Source: a virus
Taxonomy: Duplodnaviria; Caudoviricetes
Length of the DNA stretch: 64,000 nt
Reading direction: 5' to 3' (one strand)
Virus record (IMG/VR): IMGVR_UViG_3300032219_001391
Coordinates: 1-64,000 of that record
Of the stretch, positions 17,851 through 26,951 are shown in pieces; within the stretch, counting starts at the first letter, position 1; each line of letters opens with the position of its first letter. Both the position numbers and the translations under genes were made by a program. Under the pieces are notes generated by a model. The model did not search any database. It saw only the letters and a list, made by a program, of their open reading frames with translations, and was not told the DNA's origin.

Positions 17851-18528
17851 ATGAAACAATTAGAAAGAAAGATAGAATTACTTGAAACGATATTGGAAGG
17901 TAAAAACATTTTTGAGGCAAATTACAAAGCACAAAAATTGGATTATAACCCTAACTCTTTATCCGACTTCATAGACAAGGAAACTATGGATGTCCATTAT
18001 AATGGACATTACAAAACGTACATCAAAAAATTAAATGATCTTCTACCTGATGATCAAACAATTCCAATTGAGGTTTTAATTAAAAAAATATCAAGGTATA
18101 ACAGAAAGGTGAGAAATAATGCCGGTGGTGTTTATAATCATCAACTTTTTTGGAAAATGTTATCACCAAATAAGACAAAACCATCAGAGGAGTTGTTAGA
18201 TAAAATCATTAAAGATTTTGGTTCCTACGATGATTTTAGAAAAAAGTTTGAGAGGGTTGCACAAGATAAATTTGGTTCAGGATGGGTTTGGTTGGTTGTT
18301 GGAAGTAATGGAAAACTTCGTGTTACCTCAACATCAAATCAAGATAACCCTGAGATGAATAATATTAGAGGTGGAGGAAAAGTTTTATTGGGGCTTGACA
18401 TTTGGGAACATGCGTATTATCTTAGCTACCGAAATAAGAGAGACCAATACATCAAGAACTTTTGGAAGGTTGTAAATTGGGATTTCGTAAATTCAGAATA
18501 TCAGAAACTTAAACCAAATAAAAAATGA
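17851..18528 (+). CDS. sodA: Fe/Mn superoxide dismutase (Mn-like signature) with N-terminal extension
   Basis: Metal ligands retained: VHYNGH, NNAGGVYNH, LDIWEHAYY; FGSGWVWL; GG and NQD residues are Mn-type features. Confidence 0.9.
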   Translation: MKQLERKIELLETILEGKNIFEANYKAQKLDYNPNSLSDFIDKETMDVHYNGHYKTYIKKLNDLLPDDQTIPIEVLIKKISRYNRKVRNNAGGVYNHQLFWKMLSPNKTKPSEELLDKIIKDFGSYDDFRKKFERVAQDKFGSGWVWLVVGSNGKLRVTSTSNQDNPEMNNIRGGGKVLLGLDIWEHAYYLSYRNKRDQYIKNFWKVVNWDFVNSEYQKLKPNKK

Positions 18529-19340
18529 AAAAGTTGTTTGTCATTAACGAAGAAAAAGTAACAAAATGTTCCTATTCAGATGTTATTGAGTACAGAGAGT
18601 TGTTTAACAGAAATCCTAAAGTTAAATGGATTTATCGTGAAGCAATTGACAAAGCGGTTAAATCAGTATTCCACGAAAATTGGGTAGATCATCCAAAAGG
18701 TGGTGAAACCGTATCAGGTGTTTTTGATTTAGAAGGTTCGGGAAGATCGGTATTGAACAAACTAAACACCAACTATAGTGGGTTTTATATCTTAGTAAGA
18801 GATATAAATCGTGTGTTGAGTGCTAAGCAATTAGAATTGTTGAACTTCAATAAGTCAAGTGAGGAACAAATCTTTGAGGTACGTAAAATGGCAGTGGCAA
18901 TTAACACGTTCAAAGATCGTATATTCAATACGGACTCTTCCACTTTCAACACAATCATGTCAACATTAAATCGTACCCACAAATTGGGTGAGAAAAGAGA
19001 AAATGTTGTTGTTGATGTTTTGAAGAAAGTTTATGGTGAGAATATGGTTTCAAAAGTTGGTGGGTTAAATAGTTCTGAGGATATGACATCGGGTGTAGAT
19101 GCGATTATCAATACAAGTACAGGTACTAAAACCGCCCAAGTAAAACCATTCTACAAAACCACAAAAAATGATACAACTATTGTTTTCTCAGATACCGGTA
19201 ACGTTAAAGAGTACAAAACCGATTATATCATTTTTGATGGAGCCAAAGAGGTTTATGTAATGAATAACGATAAAACAAAAATCGTTAATGGTCAATATAC
19301 GTTCCCAATTGAGTCTGTCCTTCATATATTATCAAAATGA
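18525..19340 (+). CDS. Hypothetical protein with C-terminal PD-(D/E)XK-like domain
   Basis: GEKRENVV...EDMTSGVDAII...TAQVKP resembles E...D...(Q)xK restriction-endonuclease-fold motifs. Confidence 0.45.
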   Translation: MKKLFVINEEKVTKCSYSDVIEYRELFNRNPKVKWIYREAIDKAVKSVFHENWVDHPKGGETVSGVFDLEGSGRSVLNKLNTNYSGFYILVRDINRVLSAKQLELLNFNKSSEEQIFEVRKMAVAINTFKDRIFNTDSSTFNTIMSTLNRTHKLGEKRENVVVDVLKKVYGENMVSKVGGLNSSEDMTSGVDAIINTSTGTKTAQVKPFYKTTKNDTTIVFSDTGNVKEYKTDYIIFDGAKEVYVMNNDKTKIVNGQYTFPIESVLHILSK

Positions 19341-19344
19341 TTGA

Positions 19345-19351
19345 TATTTAT
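19345..19351 (+). promoter_or_regulatory. TATTTAT putative late promoter
   Basis: 13 nt upstream of the gp13-like ATG. Confidence 0.55.
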
Positions 19352-19364
19352 ATGAAAAAAGACT

Positions 19365-20477
19365 ATGGCAATTATCCCTGAACCAGAAAGAAGTCAATTA
19401 TACAAAAGAATTAAAAATCTTTTAGGAGCCCCAATCCGTTCTGTTGAGATTGAGGATGAAATGATGGATTCCCTTATGGAATTATCCATAGGTGATTACT
19501 CACAATACGTTTTGGATTGGTTGATTGAATCACAATGGACTTCCCTATATGGATTAAATCTTGATGAAAAATCAGTTGCAAATGCTCTTGTTAGGAGAAC
19601 ATTAGATTGGGAAACTCAATACACTTACGCTTATTCAAAAATTGTGGGATTACAAACAAATGGTCCTTGGGTATTGAAACAAGATTTTTTTGATCTTACA
19701 CCAAATCAACAACTATATGAAATTCCTGCAGGTAGAGAAGTTAATGAGTTAATGTGGTACACAAGACCGGCATTAAATAATACATTATTTGATCCTTGGT
19801 CTATGGGATTTTTAGGTGGTCCCGGTATTGGTGGTCCTGCCGGTTTCTCTCAAATGGGATTCCAAGGTGGATACTTTATGATGTCGGCTTATGATATGGT
19901 TGCTCGTATGCAAGATATCAATCTTAAATCAAGAATTTTAGGTTCCGATCTTACCTATAGAATTACCGCACTTCCTGACGGAAAGAAAATGGTTCACTTA
20001 TTAAACGTTCCTGGTGGTAAATTTAATTTTGGAAATATCGGATATAATCAATACAGAGTTTTTTATTGGTATTATGATACTACCGATGATAATAGAGATG
20101 CGTGTTTATCAGCAAATCCTGATATCGTTAAATTACCTTCCGATGTTCCATTAGAAAATTTATCTTGGATTGATTTGAATGTACCAGCACAACAATGGGT
20201 TCGTCGTTGGTTTACTGCCTATGTTAAAGAAACTTTGGCTAGAGTTAGGGGTAAATACTCGGGTAACTTAAAGACACCGGATTCAGAACTTCAAATGGAG
20301 TATACAACACTTCAGACTGAAGCTAAAGACGAAAAATCTACACTTTTAGAGGAACTTAAATTACGTTTAGAAAGACTACGACCTGAAAAACAAATGGAAA
20401 AAGAAGCATCTATTGCTGAAAACCTAAATAAACAACTTAAATTCAGAGCGTTTAAAGTACCAATTCAAGCGATATAA
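19365..20477 (+). CDS. Neck / head-tail adaptor protein (gp13-like)
   Basis: IKNLLGAPIRSVEIEDEMMD; WVRRWFTAYVKETLARVRGKYSG; TEAKDEKSTLLEEL. Confidence 0.8.
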   Translation: MAIIPEPERSQLYKRIKNLLGAPIRSVEIEDEMMDSLMELSIGDYSQYVLDWLIESQWTSLYGLNLDEKSVANALVRRTLDWETQYTYAYSKIVGLQTNGPWVLKQDFFDLTPNQQLYEIPAGREVNELMWYTRPALNNTLFDPWSMGFLGGPGIGGPAGFSQMGFQGGYFMMSAYDMVARMQDINLKSRILGSDLTYRITALPDGKKMVHLLNVPGGKFNFGNIGYNQYRVFYWYYDTTDDNRDACLSANPDIVKLPSDVPLENLSWIDLNVPAQQWVRRWFTAYVKETLARVRGKYSGNLKTPDSELQMEYTTLQTEAKDEKSTLLEELKLRLERLRPEKQMEKEASIAENLNKQLKFRAFKVPIQAI

Positions 20478-20478
20478 T

Positions 20479-20796
20479 ATGCAACAAGTTAAAAGAACAA
20501 TTGTAAGAACAAGTTTACCTGACCTAAGAAGAACATTAGTTAGTGATTTAGATATCATCACAACTAGTGGTGAATCATTAGTTATTGCAAAAAATAATTG
20601 TAAGATTAAATTAAACTCACAATTAGGTGATTCAATAATTGTTAAAGTACTAAACGGAGCTTTAATTATTCCAGATTTTGGTCGTATTGACGAAGAATGG
20701 GATGAAATTATTTTAGAAAAAGGTGCCTGTGTTGATTTCAGGTTTGTTGAAGGGAACTGGTATATTCTATCATCAGATGGGTTGAAAACAGTTTAA
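20479..20796 (+). CDS. Hypothetical small beta-rich structural protein
   Basis: Coupled to the neck gene; C-terminal GACVDFRFVEGNWYILS resembles fibre-protein termini. Confidence 0.45.
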   Translation: MQQVKRTIVRTSLPDLRRTLVSDLDIITTSGESLVIAKNNCKIKLNSQLGDSIIVKVLNGALIIPDFGRIDEEWDEIILEKGACVDFRFVEGNWYILSSDGLKTV

Positions 20797-23579
20797 ATGA
20801 ACTGTTCCCAACCCTCTGTTGCGTTTTCATACATATAGTATGGATCTAATCCTCTTTTTCCCCAATATTTAAACTCATCTTCAGATATGGTCAATACTTC
20901 TTGTAGGGAGTCTTGATCACCATCTTCTAATGGAAGACCATTAACCAATTCACATTGTGTTGCGGTAAACAATCCTCTATTTTCGGGTTCGGAAACCAAA
21001 AGACTATTTCTAACTTCTTCACCAAACACAACCATAAGTGGTTCTAAACGTTTGTTAAATGTAACAACCGCTCTCGGTACATTATAATCTCCTAATAAAT
21101 CAGGATTATTCTCAATGTCAGCCGGATCTAATCTGTAACAATTTATTTTAACTGTAGGATCATAATATTGGTTAGGATCATTAACTTTACCATAAGCCAA
21201 CATCTGTTCTTCCATTTCCTTTTTGGCCTTGACACTTGTAACTTTTTGAACGTCTCCGTGAGATGCTTTAGTTCCATTATTTACATAATAAATAACATCA
21301 CCAAGGTTCACAGATATTCCGTCTTTCATCACTAACTCCATATGTGCCATTCTACTCATAGAATTACCCGCTTTAGTTGTGGACGAACATCGGATTTTAT
21401 AATCCTCCATACTCAACTTAACTTTTGCTCTCTGAGCAATCTTAACTAAAGGAATTTGTTTGTTATAGATCTTATCAAGGTATTCATAATAATACTCAAC
21501 AAATTCCTTACCCTCACCTTTCAATAACATCTTAATCCCCTTATCCAAGAATTCCTCAATATATACCGGTAACTTCTTAGATTTAATCGTGTTCCCAACA
21601 AGTTTAATCTTACCTTTATCAGTGATAAGAGCGTAGTTCTTTCTAGCGATGTTAATACAGGACGGCCAAACACCATCAGTATCTAACGCCATTTCACCTC
21701 TCATAAATAAATCGTTATATTCGGCAACATCAGCTTCGGCTCCTGTATATTCCTTACCCTCCTTAACTTTCCAATTGTTTCCTTTCCCAATATACTTACG
21801 ATTATCAATATCGTCAGGAGATGAAAAGTTCACACCATCGGTATCCATCACAAGTGGTTGATACCCTTTCTTCATAAAGAATTTAATCATCTGTCTTAAA
21901 TATTGACGACCAGTACAGGTGATCTGTTCTCCCATATACATATCCCCCCAATGATATACTTGTGGAGCAGATAACGCACCAAACATCGAGTTAATGAAAA
22001 TCTTAATAGGAAGTTGTTTTCGGTCATAAGATACTGATTTTTTAGGATCAATAGTATAAAACTCCTCGGCGAGTTGTTTATATTTAATACGAGTATCACG
22101 GAAATACTTTAACATCCCCTTCATCGCACCTGTAATGTCACATTTTGGGAACACATCATGTACTAATTGGATTGATGGGTAAAGTGATGAAAAGTCGAGT
22201 TTCAATACGTTCTTAGAATACCCTACAGTAATCAATCTTGATAGACCACCAACAAAGTCTGTTTTACCTTGTTTTTCAGGAATTGCCAATTTGTATTTAT
22301 AGGACCAAGCCAACATAATCATTTTCCATAACGTTGCCGTACCCATTGTTGAAACTCTCTCATATGTTGTTGGTACCTGTGATGCCAACAAGAACGAACC
22401 TTGTGAAAATTCTTCATCCACTTTGAGAGTTTCCTCCAAGTCATCGTCAAGATACATCTCAACCAATTCCCTACCACTGATCTTTTTATAAACACCAGGA
22501 AAACGAACATCCAAATCATTAAATTCAGGTTTATCTGCCTTTTTGTATTTACCGTTGGTAACGTTCAACCAAAAATCATCATTGTCTCTGTAATAAGGTC
22601 CGATATCCAAGTGGTCAATATACACACGATCAGGTGCCTCGGCTTCAATATATTGGGTAATATATTTAAGACCCGCACTTTTAATACTTGAATTGATTGC
22701 CTGTGCTCTACGAACTGAATGGATAATATCAATTACGTTATAACCCCACATACCAACTTGGTTATACTTCTCAACCTCATTGGCTAATTTCAACAAAGAC
22801 TCATTTTGTTTAATCTTAACTTCAGGATTTAATGTTTGAGCAATCTTCTTAATATCCAAACCAAGAATTCTTGTTCTTTCAAATATCCAATACCAGTCAA
22901 AGTTTGCGGAGTTATAACCACCGATAATACTTGGTTTTAACTCGTTTATAACTCGGAAAAATTCAATCAATCCTGCACGTTCCTCATCGTCGTTAGTACA
23001 TTCAATAACCCGACGATATCCTTTATTGGTTTTCATACCAATCATGAAGATACGACCATCCTTTGGTTCTAACGAGGTCGTCTCCAAGTCAAATACAAAT
23101 CTAGTAATCTCATCATACTCCTCAAATCCTTTGAATAATCGTTTTTCCTTTGATATTAAGAATTGTTCTACAGGTGGTAAGACCATAATAAGATCCTTAG
23201 TGTTTTCACCCCACGGATCAACTCCACCCTCTCTAAAAAATTGTATTAGATTTCTATATCCCATTAAGGATCTTACCATAAACGTAAGACCTTTTTCTAA
23301 TCTTTCATCATCATCCGTACGGAGTTTTTCAATGACAATTTTGTGTTTTGTCATCGCTTCCTTCTGTGCCGCTTTGGAAGATTTATAGAAGTTTAACCCC
23401 CTTAAATCACCAACCCAAGCAAATGGAATAAATGTGTCTTTTTTGATTTGTTTTCCGTGGATCGGGTGTTCAATAATTTTCCAAATACAATCTTTGGTAT
23501 AATCATATTCAACACCGACAATGTATTGCTCAGGATCATTTCCTTGCAAAAACCTTTCAATTTCGTTTTGATCAATCAT
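20793..23579 (-). CDS. Family B DNA polymerase
   Basis: Likely ATG at 23579 (track starts at TTG 23618). ExoI FDLETT, ExoII GYNSANFDW, Pol A DFSSLYPS, Pol B KIFINSMFG, Pol C MDTDG. Confidence 0.96.
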   Translation of the reverse strand: MIDQNEIERFLQGNDPEQYIVGVEYDYTKDCIWKIIEHPIHGKQIKKDTFIPFAWVGDLRGLNFYKSSKAAQKEAMTKHKIVIEKLRTDDDERLEKGLTFMVRSLMGYRNLIQFFREGGVDPWGENTKDLIMVLPPVEQFLISKEKRLFKGFEEYDEITRFVFDLETTSLEPKDGRIFMIGMKTNKGYRRVIECTNDDEERAGLIEFFRVINELKPSIIGGYNSANFDWYWIFERTRILGLDIKKIAQTLNPEVKIKQNESLLKLANEVEKYNQVGMWGYNVIDIIHSVRRAQAINSSIKSAGLKYITQYIEAEAPDRVYIDHLDIGPYYRDNDDFWLNVTNGKYKKADKPEFNDLDVRFPGVYKKISGRELVEMYLDDDLEETLKVDEEFSQGSFLLASQVPTTYERVSTMGTATLWKMIMLAWSYKYKLAIPEKQGKTDFVGGLSRLITVGYSKNVLKLDFSSLYPSIQLVHDVFPKCDITGAMKGMLKYFRDTRIKYKQLAEEFYTIDPKKSVSYDRKQLPIKIFINSMFGALSAPQVYHWGDMYMGEQITCTGRQYLRQMIKFFMKKGYQPLVMDTDGVNFSSPDDIDNRKYIGKGNNWKVKEGKEYTGAEADVAEYNDLFMRGEMALDTDGVWPSCINIARKNYALITDKGKIKLVGNTIKSKKLPVYIEEFLDKGIKMLLKGEGKEFVEYYYEYLDKIYNKQIPLVKIAQRAKVKLSMEDYKIRCSSTTKAGNSMSRMAHMELVMKDGISVNLGDVIYYVNNGTKASHGDVQKVTSVKAKKEMEEQMLAYGKVNDPNQYYDPTVKINCYRLDPADIENNPDLLGDYNVPRAVVTFNKRLEPLMVVFGEEVRNSLLVSEPENRGLFTATQCELVNGLPLEDGDQDSLQEVLTISEDEFKYWGKRGLDPYYMYENATEGWEQFI

Positions 23580-23594
23580 AAAATATTTTTTTCG

Positions 23595-23642
23595 TGTGGT
23601 ACATTCGCTGCCCGACAAACGGACATTAACCTTAACACCACA
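23595..23642 (-). promoter_or_regulatory. Structured 5' leader of the DNA polymerase mRNA (nested hairpin)
   Basis: Outer stem UGUGGUG/UACCACA; inner stem UGUCCG-UUUGU-CGGGCA. Mismatches resolve as G-U pairs only on the minus strand. Confidence 0.5.
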
Positions 23643-23671
23643 AAGATATCTTAAAAAAACAACAAAATCAA
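23641..23671 (-). promoter_or_regulatory. Bacteroidota-type sigma70 promoter upstream of DNA polymerase
   Basis: TTG (23671-23669), N20, TATCTTTG (23648-23641); matches the TTG/TAnnTTTG consensus. Confidence 0.55.
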
Positions 23672-23683
23672 CAACAGGTCATA

Positions 23684-24271
23684 TCAAGTTTGTGTATTGG
23701 TTGGTGTAATACTTGGTGTTGGTGTAATAGTTGGTGTAATAGTTGGTGTAATACTTGGTGTAATAGTTGGTGTAATACTTGGTGTTGGTGTAATAGTTGG
23801 TGTAATACTTGGTGTGGGGGTTTGGGTTCTTCTTGGTGTTAGCGATGGAAAATCAACATTTGATGAACAACAAGAAATATTTAATTTATATTTAGTATTA
23901 TTTGTTTGAAGTTCACCACCAAAAGAATCTAAAACCATACAATAAATTTTTTCTTTGATTGGGAATATTTCGGTACCTCGTTCATCAATATGAGAAATCT
24001 GAACTTCAAATGTTTTACTTTCTTTAGTTTCATTCAAACTAAATTGATAATTTATAAAGTAACTTAATAACCCTTCTTCATTTACTTCACTGGTTATCGT
24101 ACATTCTTTTTTTATTGTTTTGTATATTTTCTTTTCAATGTCCCACAAAGACAAATAAAATGTGTCAGAATTACCCAAAGCAGTATTCAACAGATAATCA
24201 CTACGACCATCATTGATCAATTCAAATTTTAACTTTGGTAATGTTGAGTTTTTCTTTATAAAAAAATTCAT
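23684..24271 (-). CDS. BppU-N-like (baseplate upper protein-like) protein with Pro/Thr-rich tail
   Basis: MNFFIKKNSTLPKLKFELINDGR, paralogous to the next gene; C-terminal (TPTPSI/TPTI)n. Confidence 0.55.
   Translation of the reverse strand: MNFFIKKNSTLPKLKFELINDGRSDYLLNTALGNSDTFYLSLWDIEKKIYKTIKKECTITSEVNEEGLLSYFINYQFSLNETKESKTFEVQISHIDERGTEIFPIKEKIYCMVLDSFGGELQTNNTKYKLNISCCSSNVDFPSLTPRRTQTPTPSITPTITPTPSITPTITPSITPTITPTITPTPSITPTNTQT
23701..23820 (-). repeat. Tandem 12/18-nt repeats encoding TPTI/TPSI/TPTPSI
   Basis: GGTGTAATAGTT / GGTGTAATACTT / GGTGTT units repeated head to tail. Confidence 0.9.
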
Positions 24272-24280
24272 TAGATATAA

Positions 24281-24640
24281 TTATGAAAAATCAGTTATGT
24301 TTATGAAAAGTCGGTCTCTAATTGGTGTGATCAAGGTACCATTTTCGGTCTGTATAATAAACTCACCTTCAAACCTACCTGCTTTATTTGTATCAACAGG
24401 TCTAAATTTGTAGTAAATATAATATTCAGGTTTTGCGTTAGGATCCATATTTGTTTTTTCCACAATTCTTGCAGGTAATGTATTGATTTTTATAATACCA
24501 TTATCCGTGTTTGTCATTGAAAAATATATGGAAGCGGTTTCTAACGTATTCATAAAATTTTCAAACGTCATTCTTCCATCATTTACCACTTGCATTTTTA
24601 GAAGTGGTAATGTTGCGTCTTTTCTTATAAAAAATTCCAT
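24281..24640 (-). CDS. BppU-N-like (baseplate upper protein-like) protein
   Basis: MEFFIRKDATLPLLKMQVVNDGR...YKFRPVDTNKAGRFEGEFII...LITPIRDRLFINI. Confidence 0.6.
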   Translation of the reverse strand: MEFFIRKDATLPLLKMQVVNDGRMTFENFMNTLETASIYFSMTNTDNGIIKINTLPARIVEKTNMDPNAKPEYYIYYKFRPVDTNKAGRFEGEFIIQTENGTLITPIRDRLFINITDFS

Positions 24641-24644
24641 AATG

Positions 24645-24651
24645 ATAAATA
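24645..24651 (-). promoter_or_regulatory. TATTTAT putative late promoter
   Basis: 4 nt upstream of the ATG at 24640. Confidence 0.55.
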
Positions 24652-24656
24652 TATCA

Positions 24657-26318
24657 TTATGATTCTTTTCTTAAGTCTCTTGAATAATGATCAAACCTAT
24701 CGTGTTCAGTTGGTGTCATTAACAATAACGCACCATTTAGATTACCTTTTTTGTGTTCTTGATACATAAAACTCATCCAAGTTTGTTCATATGGATGTGC
24801 CCATTTAGTATTCAAAAACATTTTTCTATTACCTTCACGACTTACAACCTGTGGCCAATTTGAGTAATATATCTCACCATCAACATATGGAACACCTTGA
24901 TATGATCTAATATTGTTGAACTTTGTTTTTGGTGCGTTAGGATCGGTTCCGATTTGAGGTAATTTTGGGTATGTTGGCCAGAACTCTTCTCTAATATTTT
25001 GTGGGACATTATACCAAGACCATTGTGTGCCATTATCTCCAAAAAACTCAGTATAATTTAATTTAAGAAAATCAAAATTTTGATTGTTAATTATACCCAT
25101 AGATTTGTTGTATAAGTTTTCAACATATCTATTTAAACCATTTTTACAAACTTCACCTTTTTTTGGATAAAAGAACATATCATCTTCAAAAAACCAATAA
25201 TAATCTAATCCCGATTCTTCAAAATGTTCCGCAATCCACTGTCTTCCACCACAAATACCTAAATTATCTTTCTTTATATGTTCAAAACCATAAATTTCAC
25301 ATAGTTTTTTGTATTCATCAGTAGTTGATAGATCAGTTGAATTATCTAACAGGTACTTTTTAGTATCATCTATAAAGTTTCTATCATACTCTAACATTGA
25401 AAATATTAGAGTTTCAAATTGTTTTGGACTATTAAATCCTATTACATATAATCCTGTCTTGTCTGTGTCGTGATTATATAAAACTTTCTTAAATGATTTT
25501 GTAACAACATTATCATTTTTAACATCTTCACAAAATTTACTAATCAATCCATTACCTTCTATTTCAAAATAATTATATCTTTCTGAATTACGATACAACA
25601 AAATACTAAATATAGATTCTTCAGTACCCATATAACCACTTCTTAACGTCTCCATCAACATTGAGTAATAGTCTGAATTAAACTGGGTAATCATTTCTTT
25701 TGGTCCACCAAATATACCACCTCTACCCACATACTTAACATCATCACCGGCATATTTATTCATTGCATTTATTTCAAAACCATGAATTTCAGATGTTGTT
25801 TCATAAGGAAAACAAATAAAACTTACTTTTTTGAAAAGTGTGTCAAATTTATTTTGAATGTTATCGTGAGTGAAATATCCGGAATGAATAGTATTTGTAA
25901 TACCCGCATCAATCCATACTAAATGAGTTGATTCAAATTTATCTAATATCTTAGCATCATGTAATAAAAAAGGTTTTGACATAACCAATGGATTATATAA
26001 TTCTAATCTAGCTTGAGTAGACTCCACTAACCATCCTACTTGGTTATACCATTCAGGTTTTTTTCTTATATCTTGGATTAACTCATAATATTCATTACTT
26101 CTAAACCAAGAAACATCTCTTTTAATAAATTGAGTATTAGATATGTCTCTTCGTTCAAAAACAAATTTTTCAATCTCGTCATCACCAAAAATAATCATAT
26201 TATTTTCAATTTTTAATAATTGATCAAACTTGTCTAAATAATGTTGGAATGTCCGTGACCACCCTTCGGTTAATCCATCTCTGTTAATATTCCATAAACC
26301 TGTAACTATTGTGATCAT
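24657..26318 (-). CDS. HtrL/YibB(WlaTC)-like glycosyltransferase fused to a GT-A-like domain
   Basis: ITIVTGLWNINR, YNPLVMSKPFLL, LVWIDAGI; second domain GICGGRQWIAEHF...FFEDDM. Confidence 0.65.
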   Translation of the reverse strand: MITIVTGLWNINRDGLTEGWSRTFQHYLDKFDQLLKIENNMIIFGDDEIEKFVFERRDISNTQFIKRDVSWFRSNEYYELIQDIRKKPEWYNQVGWLVESTQARLELYNPLVMSKPFLLHDAKILDKFESTHLVWIDAGITNTIHSGYFTHDNIQNKFDTLFKKVSFICFPYETTSEIHGFEINAMNKYAGDDVKYVGRGGIFGGPKEMITQFNSDYYSMLMETLRSGYMGTEESIFSILLYRNSERYNYFEIEGNGLISKFCEDVKNDNVVTKSFKKVLYNHDTDKTGLYVIGFNSPKQFETLIFSMLEYDRNFIDDTKKYLLDNSTDLSTTDEYKKLCEIYGFEHIKKDNLGICGGRQWIAEHFEESGLDYYWFFEDDMFFYPKKGEVCKNGLNRYVENLYNKSMGIINNQNFDFLKLNYTEFFGDNGTQWSWYNVPQNIREEFWPTYPKLPQIGTDPNAPKTKFNNIRSYQGVPYVDGEIYYSNWPQVVSREGNRKMFLNTKWAHPYEQTWMSFMYQEHKKGNLNGALLLMTPTEHDRFDHYSRDLRKES

Positions 26319-26320
26319 AA

Positions 26321-26950
26321 TTATCTTTTTACCTTACAAACCCAAACAACCTTATCAAAGGTTTCTTTTTTATAACTTATTAAATTATTTTTAATACAAG
26401 CGTTCTCAATATCAGAATCAGATATTTCATACCAATTCCATAATTTCATATAAACATCTCGTTCAAAAGTTTCCCTATCCTGAGAATAATCATGTGCCAT
26501 AATATAATCACCAGTTTTTAGATAGTTTGATAATAGATTAAATTCATGTATTTTACTACCCCCATCACAAAGAATTAAAGTAACTCCGTCTTGTTGGATG
26601 AAGTCAATAACTTCCTGTTTAACCTCTGAATAATCGTAATTAAAAACATTCTCAACTCTAACATCAATACCTTCTGAAATCATATCTTTATACCAACTAT
26701 GTTCGTTAATATCATAAGACAAAATATGACAATCAATTGATATTTTTTTACAGGTATAATTCAAAAATGATGTGAAGCCCCCGATTGAGGTACCTATTTC
26801 CAATATTCTACTTGGTTTTATATCATTCAAAAAATAGTGGAAGGTCTCAAAAACATTTGGGTTTTGTTGAGCACCCCATCCATCATACGTGGATATACTA
26901 TCATTATGTTCTAAATTTGATTTTTTGTAAACTTTATCTTCGTAATTCAT
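26321..26950 (-). CDS. Class I SAM-dependent methyltransferase (CmcI / sugar O-methyltransferase-like)
   Basis: ILEIGTSIGG, ILSYDI, ILCDGG, YIMAHD. Confidence 0.7.
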   Translation of the reverse strand: MNYEDKVYKKSNLEHNDSISTYDGWGAQQNPNVFETFHYFLNDIKPSRILEIGTSIGGFTSFLNYTCKKISIDCHILSYDINEHSWYKDMISEGIDVRVENVFNYDYSEVKQEVIDFIQQDGVTLILCDGGSKIHEFNLLSNYLKTGDYIMAHDYSQDRETFERDVYMKLWNWYEISDSDIENACIKNNLISYKKETFDKVVWVCKVKR

Positions 26951-26951
26951 A

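Noticed and set aside
20793-23579. Non-canonical polymerase motifs (MDTDG, YLDDD) as a sign of modified-base replication
   Set aside because: Catalytic aspartates are retained and such variants are within normal family B variation; no base-modification synthase was recognised in this window.
23701-23820. CRISPR-like or DGR-like repeat
   Set aside because: Head-to-tail in-frame coding repeats with no spacers, and no cas or reverse transcriptase gene in the window.
23697-23909. Plus-strand 70-aa V/G/I ORF
   Set aside because: Antisense shadow of the Pro/Thr repeat.
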